Notes: a model not told the origin generated them from the sequence alone. Positions 48,751 through 57,719 are shown, numbered from the stretch's first letter. The stretch is 64,000 nt of DNA from Clostridiales bacterium (GCA_012838425.1 DUPG01000010.1:4194-68193), one strand, 5' to 3'. Made by a program: numbers and translations.

Positions 48751-49713
48751 CTATTCCTTAATCACTAAGCTGCTTTTTACATCGCGAACGAGCAGGGGCA
48801 GCGTTTTATAGCCGTATAGCGGCGTATTGAAGCGAGCTACGGTAACGAAATCCCTATCTACTAAAATCCAGCCTTGAATAGGATTCAGCGGGAAGTAATA
48901 GTCCTGCTTCACATCTTTTGTTTTTTGAACAAAGAACATATATGTTGATTCGTTCGCTAAGTTAATAATGCTATAGGTGTCCATAGACACATTTTCCAAT
49001 GATTTCGAATCAGTCATTGACGAAGCAGTGGAGGGTATGTTAACAAGCTTGATTGTAGTGCCGTATTTCAAATTCCCCTTTATAGTGCCATATACAACGA
49101 CCTTTACAACAGAGGCTTCAACGGCGTTTTCTACAATAGCCCCGTCTATTTGTGATTTCACATTCATTTTTTTAATCTTTGGAGCGTCAAGCACCTCGCC
49201 AATAAATATTGCGTCTGCGGCTTCGGTTAAGTCGCTCAGCTTTGTATAAAAATAGGTTGTTCCCGGAATGGTTATAGTTGCTGCAAATGAATACAGCTCG
49301 CTCAAAACAGTTTTCAGGTTTACCCAAGTACCGTTCCAAAGCACACTGTCGGCAGTAATTCTCAGTTCGCTGTCGTTTACAATCCTATAATAGCTGGAAT
49401 CCTCAATTGTGGCTAAAAACAATAGATAATTGTTGCCTGCATTCAACGATTTGCCTGCAACTTGAATAGCTCTTGAGCTATCAACCTCGCCGGCTATTAC
49501 TTCGCTGATCTGAATAGTATAGTGATTTTCGTCTTTCTCGGGTTTAACTTCGGTACAGCTTCCCAATACAACTAATGATGATTGCTTATAATAAAGCTTT
49601 GCGTCAAGCAGCACCTTTTCAGAAGGCTCCACATATGAAACCTTAGAGGTTCTGCAAGCAGCAAGTGCAAGCACACAAAAGGCAAGTAATATAAAAGCGA
49701 TGCACCTTTTCAT
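48751..49713 (-). CDS. Hypothetical lipoprotein
   Basis: Lipobox LALAAC and a beta-rich mature part. No motif recognised. Confidence 0.55.
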   Translation of the reverse strand: MKRCIAFILLAFCVLALAACRTSKVSYVEPSEKVLLDAKLYYKQSSLVVLGSCTEVKPEKDENHYTIQISEVIAGEVDSSRAIQVAGKSLNAGNNYLLFLATIEDSSYYRIVNDSELRITADSVLWNGTWVNLKTVLSELYSFAATITIPGTTYFYTKLSDLTEAADAIFIGEVLDAPKIKKMNVKSQIDGAIVENAVEASVVKVVVYGTIKGNLKYGTTIKLVNIPSTASSMTDSKSLENVSMDTYSIINLANESTYMFFVQKTKDVKQDYYFPLNPIQGWILVDRDFVTVARFNTPLYGYKTLPLLVRDVKSSLVIKE

Positions 49714-49741
49714 ACTTCCCTCCAGCTTTACACTCTTTACA

Positions 49742-50341
49742 CTATATATCCCTGCGACCCTCTATCGCCATAGATAGAGTTAGAGGGTCAATAAACTCTA
49801 AATTGCTGCCCATAGGTATTCCATAGGCTAAGCGAGTTACTCTAACACCAAGCGGTTTTATAACATCGCAAAGGTATGAAGCCGTAGCTTCTCCTGCAAC
49901 ATCAGGGTTTGTTGCAAGTATAACCTCTTTTATTTCGCCGCTCTTTACACGCTTAATAAGCGAATCAATGTTTAGGTCCTTCGGAGTTACGCCGTCCATA
50001 GGGGATAGAGTACCGCCCAACACATGATATTGACCGGAAAACTCGTGCATACCCTCCAAAACAAATACATCCTTCGGGTCAGCAACTACGCATAAAAGCC
50101 CGTTTTTTCGCTTCTCGCTGCTGCAAATAGCGCAAGGCTCTATGTCTGTGATTCCGCCGCATATGGAGCATTTTATCAGTTTTTTCTTTGCGGAATCTAC
50201 TGCGTTTATGAATGCCTGCGTGTCGCTGTCAGACATCTTAAGAATATGAAAAGCCAAGCGTTGAGCAGATCTTTGCCCAACACCGGGCAGCTTTGCAAGC
50301 TGTTTAATAAGCGTAGTGATTTGTTCGGGTAAGTCAGCCAT
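49742..50341 (-). CDS. recR: Recombination protein RecR
   Basis: HhH (LPGVGQRSAQRLAFH), a Cys4 zinc finger (CSICG...CAIC), and a Toprim domain. Confidence 0.95.
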   Translation of the reverse strand: MADLPEQITTLIKQLAKLPGVGQRSAQRLAFHILKMSDSDTQAFINAVDSAKKKLIKCSICGGITDIEPCAICSSEKRKNGLLCVVADPKDVFVLEGMHEFSGQYHVLGGTLSPMDGVTPKDLNIDSLIKRVKSGEIKEVILATNPDVAGEATASYLCDVIKPLGVRVTRLAYGIPMGSNLEFIDPLTLSMAIEGRRDI

Positions 50342-50676
50342 TAAAAACCTAATTTAAGTCCGCCTGTTACAGACTCCATTGCCGAAGCCATAGCTTCTTC
50401 AGCGGTTTTTATAGCTTCATTTACCGCAGACAAGACCAAATCCTGAAGCATTTCAACATCATCAGGGTCAACACATGCGGGGTCAATTACAATAGACTTA
50501 AATTCTTTTTTACCATTTATAATAGCTTTTACAGCACCGCCGCCAACAGAAGCCTCGAATTCTTGATTGCCTATTTCTTCTTGAACTCTTGCTATTTCCT
50601 GCTGCATTTTCTGTGCTTGTTTCATCATTTGAGCAATGTTTCCGCCGCCCATACCGGGGAATCCGCCTTTTGCCAT
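50341..50676 (-). CDS. ybaB: YbaB/EbfC nucleoid-associated protein
   Basis: NIAQMMKQAQKMQQEI... is typical of YbaB. ATG 50676 has a GGAGGA SD. 1-nt overlap with recR. Confidence 0.92.
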   Translation of the reverse strand: MAKGGFPGMGGGNIAQMMKQAQKMQQEIARVQEEIGNQEFEASVGGGAVKAIINGKKEFKSIVIDPACVDPDDVEMLQDLVLSAVNEAIKTAEEAMASAMESVTGGLKLGF

Positions 50677-50752
50677 CGATTCGTCCTCCATATAATAAAT
50701 ATACCCGTATTTTAACACGAAAGCCTTGAAAATGCAATACGGGAAGGTACGC

Positions 50753-52192
50753 TCAATCGGTTTCGCTGAGTATGAACGCTAAAATCTCTTCACCTTGCAG
50801 GAGCAAGCGGCTTATGTTCTTTGCTTCCATAGGGCAGTCAGAATCAATGGGCGCTTCATACAAGCCATAGTCCATATTATCGGCTATTAACTCAAGTCCA
50901 TTCTCGCTGTTGCCCGTAATGCCTTTCTCAAAAAACGCCTTTAGCCCGGCAACTCTGTAATGCTTCTTAGCATATATAGTCGCGCCGTTGTAATGGGTAG
51001 CAATTACCGAAAAAGCCTTCTTTGTGTTCAGATACTTGACAAGCGCGCGAACAATCTGCGCCCCTTCCTCGGGGTTAGTGCCTTTTGCGAACTCGTCAAA
51101 CAGCATTAAGGAATGTGCATCTATGTGTTTCAGTTCGTGCTTCAGCTTTAGAATCTCTCCGCCGAATGAGGATAGACCGCTCGTTATGTTTTCATAGTCC
51201 TGCGCAATTAAGCAGATATGCTCTATCATTGGCAGCTTTGCGCTTTCGGCGAACACGAAGAACCCCGACATAGCAAGCGCAGCATTGAGCGCAAGAGTCT
51301 TAATAGCCATGCTCTTTCCGCCCATGTTCGCGCCCGTTATCACGGTTGAACCGGGAAGCAACTCGATAGATACAGGAATAAAGCAGCGCTTTTTCTCCCT
51401 CAAAATGCTGTCGTAATACGGGTTCTGCATAGCTGTAAACGCAACTGCTTCATCGGTTGTGATTTCTGGCTTAGTAGCCTTGTGCAGCAGGGCAAGCTTT
51501 GCTTTTTGAATAATTAGGTCAAGCCTGCCTATTGAGCTTATCGCTTGCAATATGTCGTCTTTATGAGCGGCTAACTTCTCTGAGAGGTATTTGCGAATGC
51601 TATACTCTTCCTCACACTCTGCTTCTACAATCTTCTGTCTTTCGATTTTTAGCTGTTCTATCTCTTGCTCATCGTTGGCGTTGTGTAGTTTCACTTCGAT
51701 TTCGTGCTTCATCCTGCGAATGCTGCTAAGCTCTAATGAAAACGTGTCGCTTATGTGAAAGCTTGCCGCTTCGGATTTATCGGGATTTATCAGATACAAT
51801 GCGTCTATGCAGGACGGGATTTCTAAGCCAATCAAATGCGCATTCAGCCGTTCGACTGACGCGACTATATGCTGCAGTAATAGCAGGAAACGCTTGATTT
51901 CAAACAGCGCCACGCTATCCAACACAACATCGGGGCATGATTCTATACTGCGCTTAATATCGCGAACCTGCGAAAAGTAATTCTCAATGCTTGCTATATC
52001 ATTTGGTTGAGTTTTCAGCAGGTCAATAACAACCGAAATATTATCAAGCTCTTGCTTTAATTCTTCGGCTTGCTTGCTTTTATAGGGTTTTAGCGTTCTA
52101 ACAAGCGCACGACCATATGGTGTGCGGCATGACAGCAAATTCTTTATATATTCAAGCCCTATAGCCACGCTTTCTCTGTGGTTAAAAAACAT
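50753..52192 (-). CDS. MutS-domain-V-type ATPase without mismatch-binding or Smr domains
   Basis: Walker A GANMGGKSMAIKTL, Walker B LMLFDEFAKGTNPEEG, and a helical N-terminal half. ATG 52192 has AGGAGGG 5 nt upstream. Confidence 0.7.
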   Translation of the reverse strand: MFFNHRESVAIGLEYIKNLLSCRTPYGRALVRTLKPYKSKQAEELKQELDNISVVIDLLKTQPNDIASIENYFSQVRDIKRSIESCPDVVLDSVALFEIKRFLLLLQHIVASVERLNAHLIGLEIPSCIDALYLINPDKSEAASFHISDTFSLELSSIRRMKHEIEVKLHNANDEQEIEQLKIERQKIVEAECEEEYSIRKYLSEKLAAHKDDILQAISSIGRLDLIIQKAKLALLHKATKPEITTDEAVAFTAMQNPYYDSILREKKRCFIPVSIELLPGSTVITGANMGGKSMAIKTLALNAALAMSGFFVFAESAKLPMIEHICLIAQDYENITSGLSSFGGEILKLKHELKHIDAHSLMLFDEFAKGTNPEEGAQIVRALVKYLNTKKAFSVIATHYNGATIYAKKHYRVAGLKAFFEKGITGNSENGLELIADNMDYGLYEAPIDSDCPMEAKNISRLLLQGEEILAFILSETD

Positions 52193-53198
52193 ATCTTCCC
52201 TCCTGAACATCGAATATAGGAACACGCATGGGTTTTATCAGCTTCGCAAGCTCATCAATGAATTTGTGCTTATCAAACGACGCTCCGCTTGCAGAGTAGG
52301 GGTTTACGGTTATTGCGATGAGCTCCATTTCGTGCTTGGGCTGAAGCATGCAGTCAAGCGAACACAGCTTCTCAAAATAACTCTTTGATAGCAGAAATTT
52401 GCTCGCGTCAAAGCCTATAATGCCGATGTTTCTAATACCGCTTTCAATAATAGGTTTAACGACAGTATCGGTGATTGCTCCGTTAATGCAAACAGCTTTT
52501 ATGCTTTTTCTATGCTTTGATTTAGAAATGAATCCGCTGTACTCAACAGGCGAATCAGTTTCATATGTGTTGTTATCGTCTAAAAATACAACAAACTTGC
52601 TGTCTGATTGATACGCTATTTCCTGCTTAAACTGCTCTAATTGCTTTATAGTTAATAACTGTGCAGTATAGTGAGTTTCGGTTATAACCTTGTGCATTGA
52701 GCTGTCAAGCGAAGCGCCGCTGCACAGTATTACTTCCTTGCATAGTGTAGGCACAGAAAAGGATTTGCGGTTAATAGCACCGTCAATCAGCACCAGTTCA
52801 GCGCCTAAATTCAGTATTTGCTCGCATACCGACTGCAAGCCATCAACGGTAGATGGACCGGCTATTTGCACAAAGCCGCAGCTCAATGCCCGTATAATTA
52901 TGACCTCTCCCAAAGGCGTCAATATGCCTGTTGTGTCAAGAATCTCTTGTGTAATATCGCATGAGTTAAGCAGATCCTTGGCTGTGGCAATAATTGCTCC
53001 TGCGCTTACATAGATTTCGGGCTTTTTTGTGCCTGTTACTAAATCAATGCTTTCACCGTCGCGACCGATTGAGGTTATTCCAAGCGTTTTTTGCTGATTT
53101 TCTTTAATAATAGCATTAAGCACAGTGGTTTTGCCTGCGTTCTTTGACATTCCGATTATAGCAACGGAGCTTGATTTAATTGTGTCGGAAATCTTCAT
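52182..53198 (-). CDS. P-loop NTPase-like protein, unknown function
   Basis: N-terminal IIGMSKNAGKTTVLNAI (GxxxxGKT). 338 aa. Overlaps the MutS-like gene by 11 nt. No SD; see the leaderless promoter. Confidence 0.55.
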   Translation of the reverse strand: MKISDTIKSSSVAIIGMSKNAGKTTVLNAIIKENQQKTLGITSIGRDGESIDLVTGTKKPEIYVSAGAIIATAKDLLNSCDITQEILDTTGILTPLGEVIIIRALSCGFVQIAGPSTVDGLQSVCEQILNLGAELVLIDGAINRKSFSVPTLCKEVILCSGASLDSSMHKVITETHYTAQLLTIKQLEQFKQEIAYQSDSKFVVFLDDNNTYETDSPVEYSGFISKSKHRKSIKAVCINGAITDTVVKPIIESGIRNIGIIGFDASKFLLSKSYFEKLCSLDCMLQPKHEMELIAITVNPYSASGASFDKHKFIDELAKLIKPMRVPIFDVQEGRYVF

Positions 53199-53204
53199 AT
53201 TTTA

Positions 53205-53233
53205 ATTATACCAAAATCGGCATATGGTTTCAA
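53205..53233 (-). promoter_or_regulatory. Consensus promoter placing the TSS at the ATG of the P-loop gene (leaderless mRNA)
   Basis: Minus strand reads TTGAAA (53233-53228), 17-nt spacer ending TGG, TATAAT (53210-53205), then TAAAAT and ATG (53198). Confidence 0.55.
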
Positions 53234-53289
53234 TTTTAGTTACCCAAGCAATAAAGAGCGAAATATATTAAATATTATGAATTTTGCGC

Positions 53290-53318
53290 TTGCCAAAGCA
53301 ATATTCATGCTATATAAT
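53290..53318 (+). promoter_or_regulatory. Sigma-70-type promoter of the leader/ABC exporter operon
   Basis: TTGCCA (53290-53295), 17-nt spacer, TATAAT (53313-53318). Confidence 0.6.
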
Positions 53319-53357
53319 GCACTCACAGCAAAAAATAAGAAAAGGAGGTCGCGTTAA

Positions 53358-53444
53358 ATGATCAATATGCTGTTTGTTAAATTAAATAGAGTTTCTGATA
53401 CAATTGCTGCTACGCAGTGTTGGCGCGACCTATGTATGAGTTGA
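53358..53444 (+). CDS. 28-codon leader peptide ORF
   Basis: GGAGG at 53344-53348, ATG at 53358. The product is MINMLFVKLNRVSDTIAATQCWRDLCMS, with TGA at 53442-53444. Its last codons overlap a segment complementary to the 5' arm of the terminator. Confidence 0.5.
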   Translation: MINMLFVKLNRVSDTIAATQCWRDLCMS

Positions 53445-53465
53445 TTTAATTTACAACCGATATAC

Positions 53466-53506
53466 ATACAGGTCAATGCTAACAGCGTATGACCTGTATT
53501 TTTTTA
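53466..53506 (+). terminator. Intrinsic terminator (attenuator) between the leader ORF and the ABC exporter genes
   Basis: ATACAGGTCA (53466-53475) pairs perfectly with TGACCTGTAT (53490-53499), then TTTTTT. The ABC gene's SD is only about 18 nt downstream. Confidence 0.8.
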
Positions 53507-53533
53507 TACTTGAATGGAATAAAGGGAGGGTAT

Positions 53534-55366
53534 ATGACTTCAAAAGAGAATAAAAAGACAAAGTTCAGCCTAAAAACATTGATAAAGATGATGAAGGGCT
53601 ATAAGCGATACCTGCTCATTTCAGCAATATCACTTATATTGGCTGCCTTGATTTGGTTTGCGATACCGTATGTATCGAGTATTGCTGTTGACTATGTAAT
53701 AGGCGAAAATGAAGAGGTGCTGCCGTCAATAGTAAAGAGCATTATTGAATCCATAGGCGGCAGGGAGTTTTTATTGTCGCACTTTTACTTGCTTCCGCTA
53801 TGCTTGGTATTGTTCACGCTGTTGAACGGTTTGTTCGTTTTCCTGCGCGGCAGAAACATAGCAATTGCGGCGGAGGGCATGGCAAAGAATATGCGCGACG
53901 CATTGTATGAGCACCTGTTGCTCGTTCCGTATGACTATCATAAGCATATTTCGACGGGCGATATTATTCAGCGATGTACCTCTGATGTAGATACGGTGCG
54001 CAGATTCATATTGAATCAGCTGCTTGAAGTGCTAAGACCTATTACAATGGTCATTATTACTGGCTACATAATGTTCTCATACAATGTGAAGATGGCTGTG
54101 ATTTCGATTGCATTGCTGCCCATTCTAACTATATCGTCATACTTCTATTTTAAGTATGTGCGAAAGTACTTCGCCTATTCAGATGAGGCTGAGGGCAAGC
54201 TGTCTGCCGTATTGCAGGAGAACTTAACGGGTGTTCGCGTGGTACGCGCATTCGCACAGCAAAAGAATGAGCTTAAGAAGTTCACAGAAGCGAACAAGGA
54301 CTATAAAGACAAGACATATAAGCTCATAAAAATGCTTGCCTTTTACTGGGGCTCATCCGATGTGCTGGGCTATACGCAAATACTGTTAACGCTTGTGTTT
54401 GGTGTGTATTTCGCCGTAACCTCTGATTTTACAGTTGGCGGCATAATGCTTTTTACATCATATACGGCAGCGTTGACCTGGCCGGTTCGTCAGCTTGGCA
54501 GAGTGCTTGCTGATATGGGTAAAGCGACAGTTTCCTTGTCACGATTAGACGATATTTTCAATCATCCGACGGAAGTAGAGCCGGGCAAGGCGCTTAAGCC
54601 AGAAATTCGCGGCAATATTGAGTTCAAAGATGTATGCTTTGCGTATGATGACGGCGAGAATGTGCTTGAGAACATCAGCTTCTCAGCAAAGCAGGGACAG
54701 ACCATAGCCATATTAGGCTCGACCGGCTCAGGAAAAACCAGCTTGGTGCATCTACTGCAAAGGCTGTACCCGGTTACAAGAGGAACCATTACCATTGATG
54801 GCGAAAACATCAATGATATTGAAATGCACCATCTGCGCAAGAACATAGGCATTGTGCTTCAGGAGCCTTTCTTGTTCTCGCGTACGATAATGGAGAATAT
54901 ACGCATTACGAACCCCGACGCGCCTGAAGAGGCTGTATATGAAGCCGCAAAGATTGCATCAGTACATGATGTAATATGCGAATTCGAAAAGGGTTACGAC
55001 ACGCTTGTAGGCGAAAGAGGCGTAACGCTGTCGGGCGGACAGAAGCAGAGAATCGCAATAGCGCGTATGCTTTTACAAAACGCGCCGATATTGATACTCG
55101 ACGACTCATTGAGTGCAGTCGATACTGAAACCGACTTGGCGATACGAGAGGCTCTGAACAAGCGCAAGGGCAGCGCTACGACATTCATAATTTCGCACAG
55201 GATTACGACTTTGTGCAATGCGGATAAGATTCTTGTTTTAGAGGACGGAAAGCTCGTTCAACAGGGAACGCATGAGGAGCTTATTAAGCAAGAAGGTCTA
55301 TACAAGCGTATTGCGCAAATACAGGATATGCTCGAAACAGAGCTTATGGAAGGAAGTGAAGAGTAA
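53534..55366 (+). CDS. ABC exporter half-transporter (TMD-NBD), heterodimer subunit 1
   Basis: 6-helix TMD, Walker A GSTGSGKTS, signature LSGGQKQR, and Walker B ILILDD. ATG 53534 follows GGGAGGG. The track start at 53489 lies inside the terminator. Confidence 0.92.
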   Translation: MTSKENKKTKFSLKTLIKMMKGYKRYLLISAISLILAALIWFAIPYVSSIAVDYVIGENEEVLPSIVKSIIESIGGREFLLSHFYLLPLCLVLFTLLNGLFVFLRGRNIAIAAEGMAKNMRDALYEHLLLVPYDYHKHISTGDIIQRCTSDVDTVRRFILNQLLEVLRPITMVIITGYIMFSYNVKMAVISIALLPILTISSYFYFKYVRKYFAYSDEAEGKLSAVLQENLTGVRVVRAFAQQKNELKKFTEANKDYKDKTYKLIKMLAFYWGSSDVLGYTQILLTLVFGVYFAVTSDFTVGGIMLFTSYTAALTWPVRQLGRVLADMGKATVSLSRLDDIFNHPTEVEPGKALKPEIRGNIEFKDVCFAYDDGENVLENISFSAKQGQTIAILGSTGSGKTSLVHLLQRLYPVTRGTITIDGENINDIEMHHLRKNIGIVLQEPFLFSRTIMENIRITNPDAPEEAVYEAAKIASVHDVICEFEKGYDTLVGERGVTLSGGQKQRIAIARMLLQNAPILILDDSLSAVDTETDLAIREALNKRKGSATTFIISHRITTLCNADKILVLEDGKLVQQGTHEELIKQEGLYKRIAQIQDMLETELMEGSEE

Positions 55367-57216
55367 TGAACGGATACGATGAACAGGATTTTGACAGGGC
55401 CGATGAGCGAATAAATCTCAGCATTTGGAAAAGACTGCTGAAGTATGCCTTCAGACGCAAGTGGCTAGTATTGTCGCTCGTAATTGCAATGGCTATACTC
55501 TCTACGATTGATATTATGTATCCGCTTTTATCGAGATACGCAATAGACACCTTTGTCATGAACCAAACCACTGAGGGACTTGTACCTTTTGTGGTGCTGT
55601 ATATATGCCTGGTGCTGATACAAGGAATTAGCATTGTGTACTTTATATCGGGCGGCGGTAAGCTTGAAATGCAGATTTCGTACGATATTCGCCAAGAAGC
55701 CTTTATAAAGCTGCAGAAGCTGTCGCTGTCGTTCTATGACAAAACGCCTGTCGGTTACCTGATGGCGCGAATGCTAAGCGATATAGCAAGGCTTAGCGAA
55801 ATGATTGCCTGGGCACTTATAGACATATTTTGGACCTCGACTTTCCTGATTGGCGTAACTATTTCTATGTTCGTGCTGAACTGGAAGCTTGCGCTTATTG
55901 TAATAGTAGTTTTACCGCCACTGCTATTGTTGAGCATAGTGTTCCAACGCGCAATGCTGAAGTATCAAAGGAAGGTTAGAAAGACCAACTCAAAAATAAC
56001 GGGCGCTTTTAATGAAGGCATAATGGGCGCGGTAACTACAAAGACCTTGGTGCGCGAGAAAAGAAACACAGAAGAATTTAAGGAAGTTACCAGCGAAATG
56101 AAGCATTCGTCTATTCGTTCGGCAACGCTTTCATACATATTTATGCCTTTGGTAATATTGTTAGGTTCAATAGGCACAGCACTTGCGTTGTATTATGGAG
56201 GTTCAGATGTGCTGAAGGGCGTACATGCTACTATTACAATAGGTACGCTGGCTGCATTCATCGCATATACGACACAATTTTTTGAACCTGTGCAGACCAT
56301 AGCTCGAGTTTTCGCGGAAATGCAGAGCGCACAGGCAAGTGCAGAAAGAGTGCTGTCACTGATAGACACGCCTTGCGAAATAGAGGATACGCCCGAGGTA
56401 GAAGCTATTTATGGCGACTGCTTCGAACCTAAGCGTGAAAACTTCCCTAAAATTCATGGCGAAATCGACTTCATTGATGTTAGCTTCGCATACAATGTGG
56501 GAAGCAACAAGCAGGTGCTTGACAACTTCAACCTGCATGTTGACGCCGGGCAGACTATTGCTTTAGTAGGCGAAACCGGTGCCGGCAAGAGTACCATAGT
56601 AAATCTGTTATGCAGGTTCTATGAGCCTACATCAGGCAAGATTCTGATTGATGGCGTTGACTATCGTGAAAGAAGTCAGGCATGGCTGCAATCGAGCTTG
56701 GGATATGTTTTGCAGCAGCCGCACTTGTTCTCAGGTACAATATTTGAGAACATAGCGTATGGCAGACCTGACGCCACAGAGGAAGAAGTAATAGCCGCTG
56801 CGAAGTTAGTTCACGCGCACGACTTCATAATGAAGCAGGAAAAGGGCTATTATACCGAAGTAGGCGAGGGCGGCGTGCTCCTATCCACCGGGCAGAAGCA
56901 GTTGATTTCATTCGCACGCGTAATATTGGCCGACCCAAGAATATTCGTGCTTGATGAAGCGACTTCTTCAATCGACACGGAAACCGAGCAGCTCATACAG
57001 AACGCTATAAAGTATGTGTTGAAGGATAGAACAAGCTTCATAGTAGCGCACAGGCTCAGCACGATACGCAATGCCGATAGGATTTTGGTAATACGCGACG
57101 GAAGGATTTTCGAAAGCGGTACACATTCCAAGCTTATGAAGCAAAAGGGCTATTATTACGACTTGTACACTAATCAGTTTAAGAGCGAAGCTGCTGATAA
57201 AATTCTTGACAAGTAA
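55366..57216 (+). CDS. ABC exporter half-transporter (TMD-NBD), heterodimer subunit 2
   Basis: Walker A GETGAGKST, degenerate-looking signature LSTGQKQL, and Walker B IFVLDEATS. 1-nt overlap with subunit 1. Confidence 0.92.
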   Translation: MNGYDEQDFDRADERINLSIWKRLLKYAFRRKWLVLSLVIAMAILSTIDIMYPLLSRYAIDTFVMNQTTEGLVPFVVLYICLVLIQGISIVYFISGGGKLEMQISYDIRQEAFIKLQKLSLSFYDKTPVGYLMARMLSDIARLSEMIAWALIDIFWTSTFLIGVTISMFVLNWKLALIVIVVLPPLLLLSIVFQRAMLKYQRKVRKTNSKITGAFNEGIMGAVTTKTLVREKRNTEEFKEVTSEMKHSSIRSATLSYIFMPLVILLGSIGTALALYYGGSDVLKGVHATITIGTLAAFIAYTTQFFEPVQTIARVFAEMQSAQASAERVLSLIDTPCEIEDTPEVEAIYGDCFEPKRENFPKIHGEIDFIDVSFAYNVGSNKQVLDNFNLHVDAGQTIALVGETGAGKSTIVNLLCRFYEPTSGKILIDGVDYRERSQAWLQSSLGYVLQQPHLFSGTIFENIAYGRPDATEEEVIAAAKLVHAHDFIMKQEKGYYTEVGEGGVLLSTGQKQLISFARVILADPRIFVLDEATSSIDTETEQLIQNAIKYVLKDRTSFIVAHRLSTIRNADRILVIRDGRIFESGTHSKLMKQKGYYYDLYTNQFKSEAADKILDK

Positions 57217-57232
57217 TGCGACACATCAAAAT

Positions 57233-57262
57233 AAGGCACTCTGCGGAGTGCCTTTGATTATT
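57233..57262. terminator. Terminator hairpin after the ABC operon (shared with convergent ogt)
   Basis: AAGGCACTC-TGCG-GAGTGCCTT followed by a T-rich tail. Confidence 0.7.
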
Positions 57263-57307
57263 TATTTTCGATATGCAATTAGTATTAAGTGATGAGAACC
57301 TTTGCGG

Positions 57308-57628
57308 CTATTCTTTCATGTAGAAATCAAGCGCTTGATACTTGCTCAAATCCACACGCCCGTTTATAACTTCAACGCCTTCAGCTTCAAGCAGCTGTGC
57401 CTGCATATTGACTCCGCCGAACGCAAATGCAGGGGATAAACCGCCAAATCGGTTGACCACCCGATGGCAGGGTATATTAGTGGGATCTGGATTTACATGC
57501 AAAGCATAGCCCACAACGCGCGATAAGCGGTCGTTGCCAACAAGCATAGCAATCTGTCCATATGTGGCTACCTTGCCCTTCGGTATTTGCTTTACAACAT
57601 CATATATAAGTTCAAATGTATTAGCCAT
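57308..57628 (-). CDS. MGMT-family methylated-DNA--protein-cysteine methyltransferase (C-terminal domain only)
   Basis: IPCHRVV active-site motif with the Cys retained. 106 aa from ATG 57628. The track N-extension covers a divergent promoter. Confidence 0.85.
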   Translation of the reverse strand: MANTFELIYDVVKQIPKGKVATYGQIAMLVGNDRLSRVVGYALHVNPDPTNIPCHRVVNRFGGLSPAFAFGGVNMQAQLLEAEGVEVINGRVDLSKYQALDFYMKE

Positions 57629-57662
57629 GCAATAATTATACCATATACATTCAAGCCACAGG

Positions 57663-57691
57663 TTGACAATTTTCATCAAGCATAATATAAT
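57663..57691 (+). promoter_or_regulatory. Consensus sigma-70 promoter of the crp/fnr-family gene
   Basis: TTGACA (57663-57668), 17-nt spacer, TATAAT (57686-57691). Confidence 0.65.
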
Positions 57692-57719
57692 TTAATTAAC
57701 AGCAGAAAAAGGGGTACAT

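Noticed and set aside
53489-53533. N-terminal extensions suggested by the ORF track. Examples: the ABC exporter from 53489, spoIID from 35829, thiolase from 27449, prfA to 45584, ybaB to 50718, ogt to 57679, and lon from 29190.
   Set aside because: In each case an internal ATG is preceded by a GGAGG-type SD and matches the family's usual N-terminus. The extensions overlap neighbouring genes, promoters or a terminator.
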